Positions 61,410-64,000 of a stretch of DNA of 64,000 bases are shown here, one piece after another (position 1 is the first letter of the stretch; each line of letters starts with the position of its first letter). The notes below the pieces were generated by a model. That model did not search any database. It saw only the letters and a list, made by a program, of their open reading frames with translations, and was not told where the DNA came from. The stretch is from Clostridia bacterium (GTDB lineage: Bacteria > Bacillota > Clostridia > TANB77 > CAG-508), in NCBI GenBank assembly GCA_022794615.1, contig JAAWFD010000021.1:12808-76807 (forward strand), given 5' to 3'. A program made the position numbers and the translations under genes.

Positions 61410-63972
61410 ATATAAAGACTGCATATTATTTTATAGACTAGGAGACTTTTATGAAATGTTCTTTGAAGATGCAATAACAGTATCAAGAGAACTAGAATTA
61501 ACACTAACAGGAAAAGATTGTGGACAAGAAGAAAGAGCACCAATGGCAGGTATACCACATCATGCAGCCGAAAACTATGCAGCAAGATTAATAGCGAAGG
61601 GATATAAAGTAGCAATATGTGAACAACTAACTGACCCAAAAACAACAAAGGGAATAGTAGAAAGAGGAGTAATAAGAGTATTAACACCAGGAACAATAGT
61701 AGAATCAAATATGCTAGAAGAAAGAAAAAACAATTATATAATGTCAATATATAAAAGTGGGATATACTTTGGATTAAGTGTATGCGATATATCAACAGGA
61801 GAATTCTATACAACAGAAATAAAAGAAACAAACAATTTTGAAATGCTATTAGATGAAATAGCAAGATTTTCACCAGCTGAAATAATAGCAAATAAAATGT
61901 TATATAGTTGTGATGAAGAAATGGCAAAAATAAAGGAAAGATTTGACATATATGTAACACAATTTGCAGAAGAACACTTTTCAGAAGAGATAAAATTAGA
62001 TACAAAAGAAAAATATGAATTTATAGATAATAGTAAAAAAATAATAGAGAACTTAGATGAAAAACTACTGGCAATAGCATCAATAAACTCATTAATAGAA
62101 TATTTAAATGAAACACAAATGACAAGTTTAGAACACATAAACAAAATAACAATATACAATACTTCAAAATATGTGGCATTAGATATAAATGCAAGAAGAA
62201 ATCTTGAAATAACAGAGAAGCTAAGAGACAAAACAAAAAAAGGAACATTATTATGGGTATTAGATAAAACATCAACATCAATGGGAGGAAGGATGTTAAG
62301 AAGATGGCTAAATGATCCATTAATAGACACCAAAGAAATACAGAAAAGATTAGATGCAGTAAAAGAATTAAAAGATGATATGATGTTAAGAGGAGAAATA
62401 ATAGACACATTAAAGAAAGTATATGATATAGAAAGACTAGCAGGAAAAATGGCATATGGAAATAGTAATGCAAGAGACATGATATCATTAAAAAATTCTT
62501 TATATAAATTACCAGAAGTAAAAAAAGCACTATCAGTATGTAAATCAAACTATTTACAAGAACTATATGAAGAATTAGATGAATTACAAGATATACATGA
62601 ATTAATAGAACAATCGATAGTAGAAGATCCACCAATGACAATAAAAGATGGAGGAATAATAAAATTAGGATATGACCCAGAAATAGATAGATTAAAAACA
62701 GCAACAACAGATGGAAAAAGTTGGTTAATACAGTTAGAACAAGAAGAAAGAGAAAAAACAGGAATAAAAAACCTAAAAGTAGGTTTTAACAAAGTATTTG
62801 GATACTATATAGAAGTAACAAAGTCATTCTTATCACAAGTACCAGAAAGATTTGTAAGAAAACAAACATTAGCAAATGGAGAAAGGTATATAACAGAAGA
62901 ACTAAAAAAAATAGAAGAAGAATTGCTAGGAGCAGAAGAGAAAGCAATAGAATTAGAATACAATGCCTTTGTAGAAATAAGAGGAAAAATAGCACAAAAT
63001 GTAAAAAGATTACAACAATCAGCAAATGTGGTATCAACATTAGATGTAATATGTTCATTTTCACAAGTAGCAGAAGATATGAACTATTGCATGCCGACAG
63101 TAGACAAAAGTGGAATACTAGATATACAAGCAGGAAGGCATCCAGTAATAGAAAAAATGTTACCATATGGAAGTTTTGTAGAAAATGATACATATCTAGA
63201 CAAAGAACAAGACAGGCTATCAATAATAACTGGACCCAATATGGCAGGAAAATCTACATACATGAGACAAGTAGCATTAATAACACTAATGGCACAAGTA
63301 GGAAGTTTTGTACCAGCAACACAAGCACATATAGGAGTAGTAGACAAGATATTTACAAGAGTTGGAGCATCAGATGATTTAAGCATGGGACAAAGTACAT
63401 TTATGGTAGAAATGATGGAGGTAGCACAAATATTAAAAGAAGCAACAGAGAATAGTCTAGTAATATTAGATGAAATAGGAAGAGGAACATCAACATATGA
63501 TGGTTTATCAATAGCATGGGCAGTGGCAGAATATATATCAGATAAAGAAAAATGTGGAGCAAAGACCCTATTTGCCACACATTATCATGAATTAACAGAA
63601 CTAGAAGAAAAATTAGAAGGAGTAAAAAACTATTCAATAGCAGTAAAGGAAAAAGGAGAAGATATCATATTCCTAAGAAAGATAGTATCAGGCGGAACAG
63701 ATGAAAGTTATGGTATACATGTAGCACGATTAGCTGGCGTACCAAAAACTGTAACACAAAAAGCTAATGAAATTTTAAGAACGCTAGAAAGAAAAAGTAT
63801 ATTATCAAATAAGAAAGAAACTGAAAACAAAAAAGCAGTCGAAGGACAATTTGATATGTTTAACTATAAACTAGCAGAAATTGCACATGAAATAGATAAA
63901 ATAAATTTAGATGAACTAACTCCTATAGATGCATTAAATACATTAGTAAAAATAAAAGAAAGAATGAAATAA
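61360..63972 (+). CDS. mutS: DNA mismatch repair protein MutS
   Basis: N-terminal TPMMQQY-like (SPMMQKYLE), Walker A GPNMAGKST, DEIGRGTSTYDG, HELT; start chosen at MAEYSP. Confidence 0.9.
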   Translation: MAEYSPMMQKYLETKNKYKDCILFYRLGDFYEMFFEDAITVSRELELTLTGKDCGQEERAPMAGIPHHAAENYAARLIAKGYKVAICEQLTDPKTTKGIVERGVIRVLTPGTIVESNMLEERKNNYIMSIYKSGIYFGLSVCDISTGEFYTTEIKETNNFEMLLDEIARFSPAEIIANKMLYSCDEEMAKIKERFDIYVTQFAEEHFSEEIKLDTKEKYEFIDNSKKIIENLDEKLLAIASINSLIEYLNETQMTSLEHINKITIYNTSKYVALDINARRNLEITEKLRDKTKKGTLLWVLDKTSTSMGGRMLRRWLNDPLIDTKEIQKRLDAVKELKDDMMLRGEIIDTLKKVYDIERLAGKMAYGNSNARDMISLKNSLYKLPEVKKALSVCKSNYLQELYEELDELQDIHELIEQSIVEDPPMTIKDGGIIKLGYDPEIDRLKTATTDGKSWLIQLEQEEREKTGIKNLKVGFNKVFGYYIEVTKSFLSQVPERFVRKQTLANGERYITEELKKIEEELLGAEEKAIELEYNAFVEIRGKIAQNVKRLQQSANVVSTLDVICSFSQVAEDMNYCMPTVDKSGILDIQAGRHPVIEKMLPYGSFVENDTYLDKEQDRLSIITGPNMAGKSTYMRQVALITLMAQVGSFVPATQAHIGVVDKIFTRVGASDDLSMGQSTFMVEMMEVAQILKEATENSLVILDEIGRGTSTYDGLSIAWAVAEYISDKEKCGAKTLFATHYHELTELEEKLEGVKNYSIAVKEKGEDIIFLRKIVSGGTDESYGIHVARLAGVPKTVTQKANEILRTLERKSILSNKKETENKKAVEGQFDMFNYKLAEIAHEIDKINLDELTPIDALNTLVKIKERMK

Positions 63973-64000
63973 CTAGCTTATAAACAATTAGAAAAACATA

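Overview
This is a low-GC, Clostridium-like Firmicute chromosomal window that is mostly housekeeping genes. The clearly identified genes are murC, a P-type cation ATPase, era, yqzL, recO, rpmF, valS, queA, tgt, nrdD, mnmA, hup, rplM, rpsI, murF, feoB, pfkA, a uracil permease, upp, ftsY, a UPF0182 protein, priA, def, tyrS, miaB and mutS. A sporulation-flavoured cluster (LiaF-like, DUF4097, LysM/DUF3794 SipL-like, YunB) is also present. Accessory content stands out at several places. The strongest signal is a RayT-type (IS200-like, HuH/Y1) transposase gene at 46276..46959 bounded by perfect 29-bp inverted repeats (TGTGTCATGGGGACGTTCTTTTTGACACA). Two transposase-less REP/MITE-like copies of those ends sit at 67..156 and 27536..27600. 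Together these look like a REP/RAYT system in a Firmicute. Other notable features: tRNA-Glu(CUC) and tRNA-Thr(CGU) are each followed by mobile-element remnants. One is a frameshifted MobV/Pre relaxase. The other is a tandem att-like duplication enclosing a MazF/PemK-domain fusion protein and a split MFS transporter. A 71-bp tandem repeat (3.6 copies) with compensatory palindromes lies between queA and tgt. A 40-aa Cys-rich membrane peptide is encoded upstream of feoB. A GC-rich foreign islet carries two paralogous small proteins between tyrS and miaB. There are also structured leaders upstream of the P-type ATPase and the uracil permease, and a 1-nt frameshift in a SpoVB-like flippase gene. 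Many long antisense ORFs in the six-frame track are AT-rich, low-complexity artefacts.
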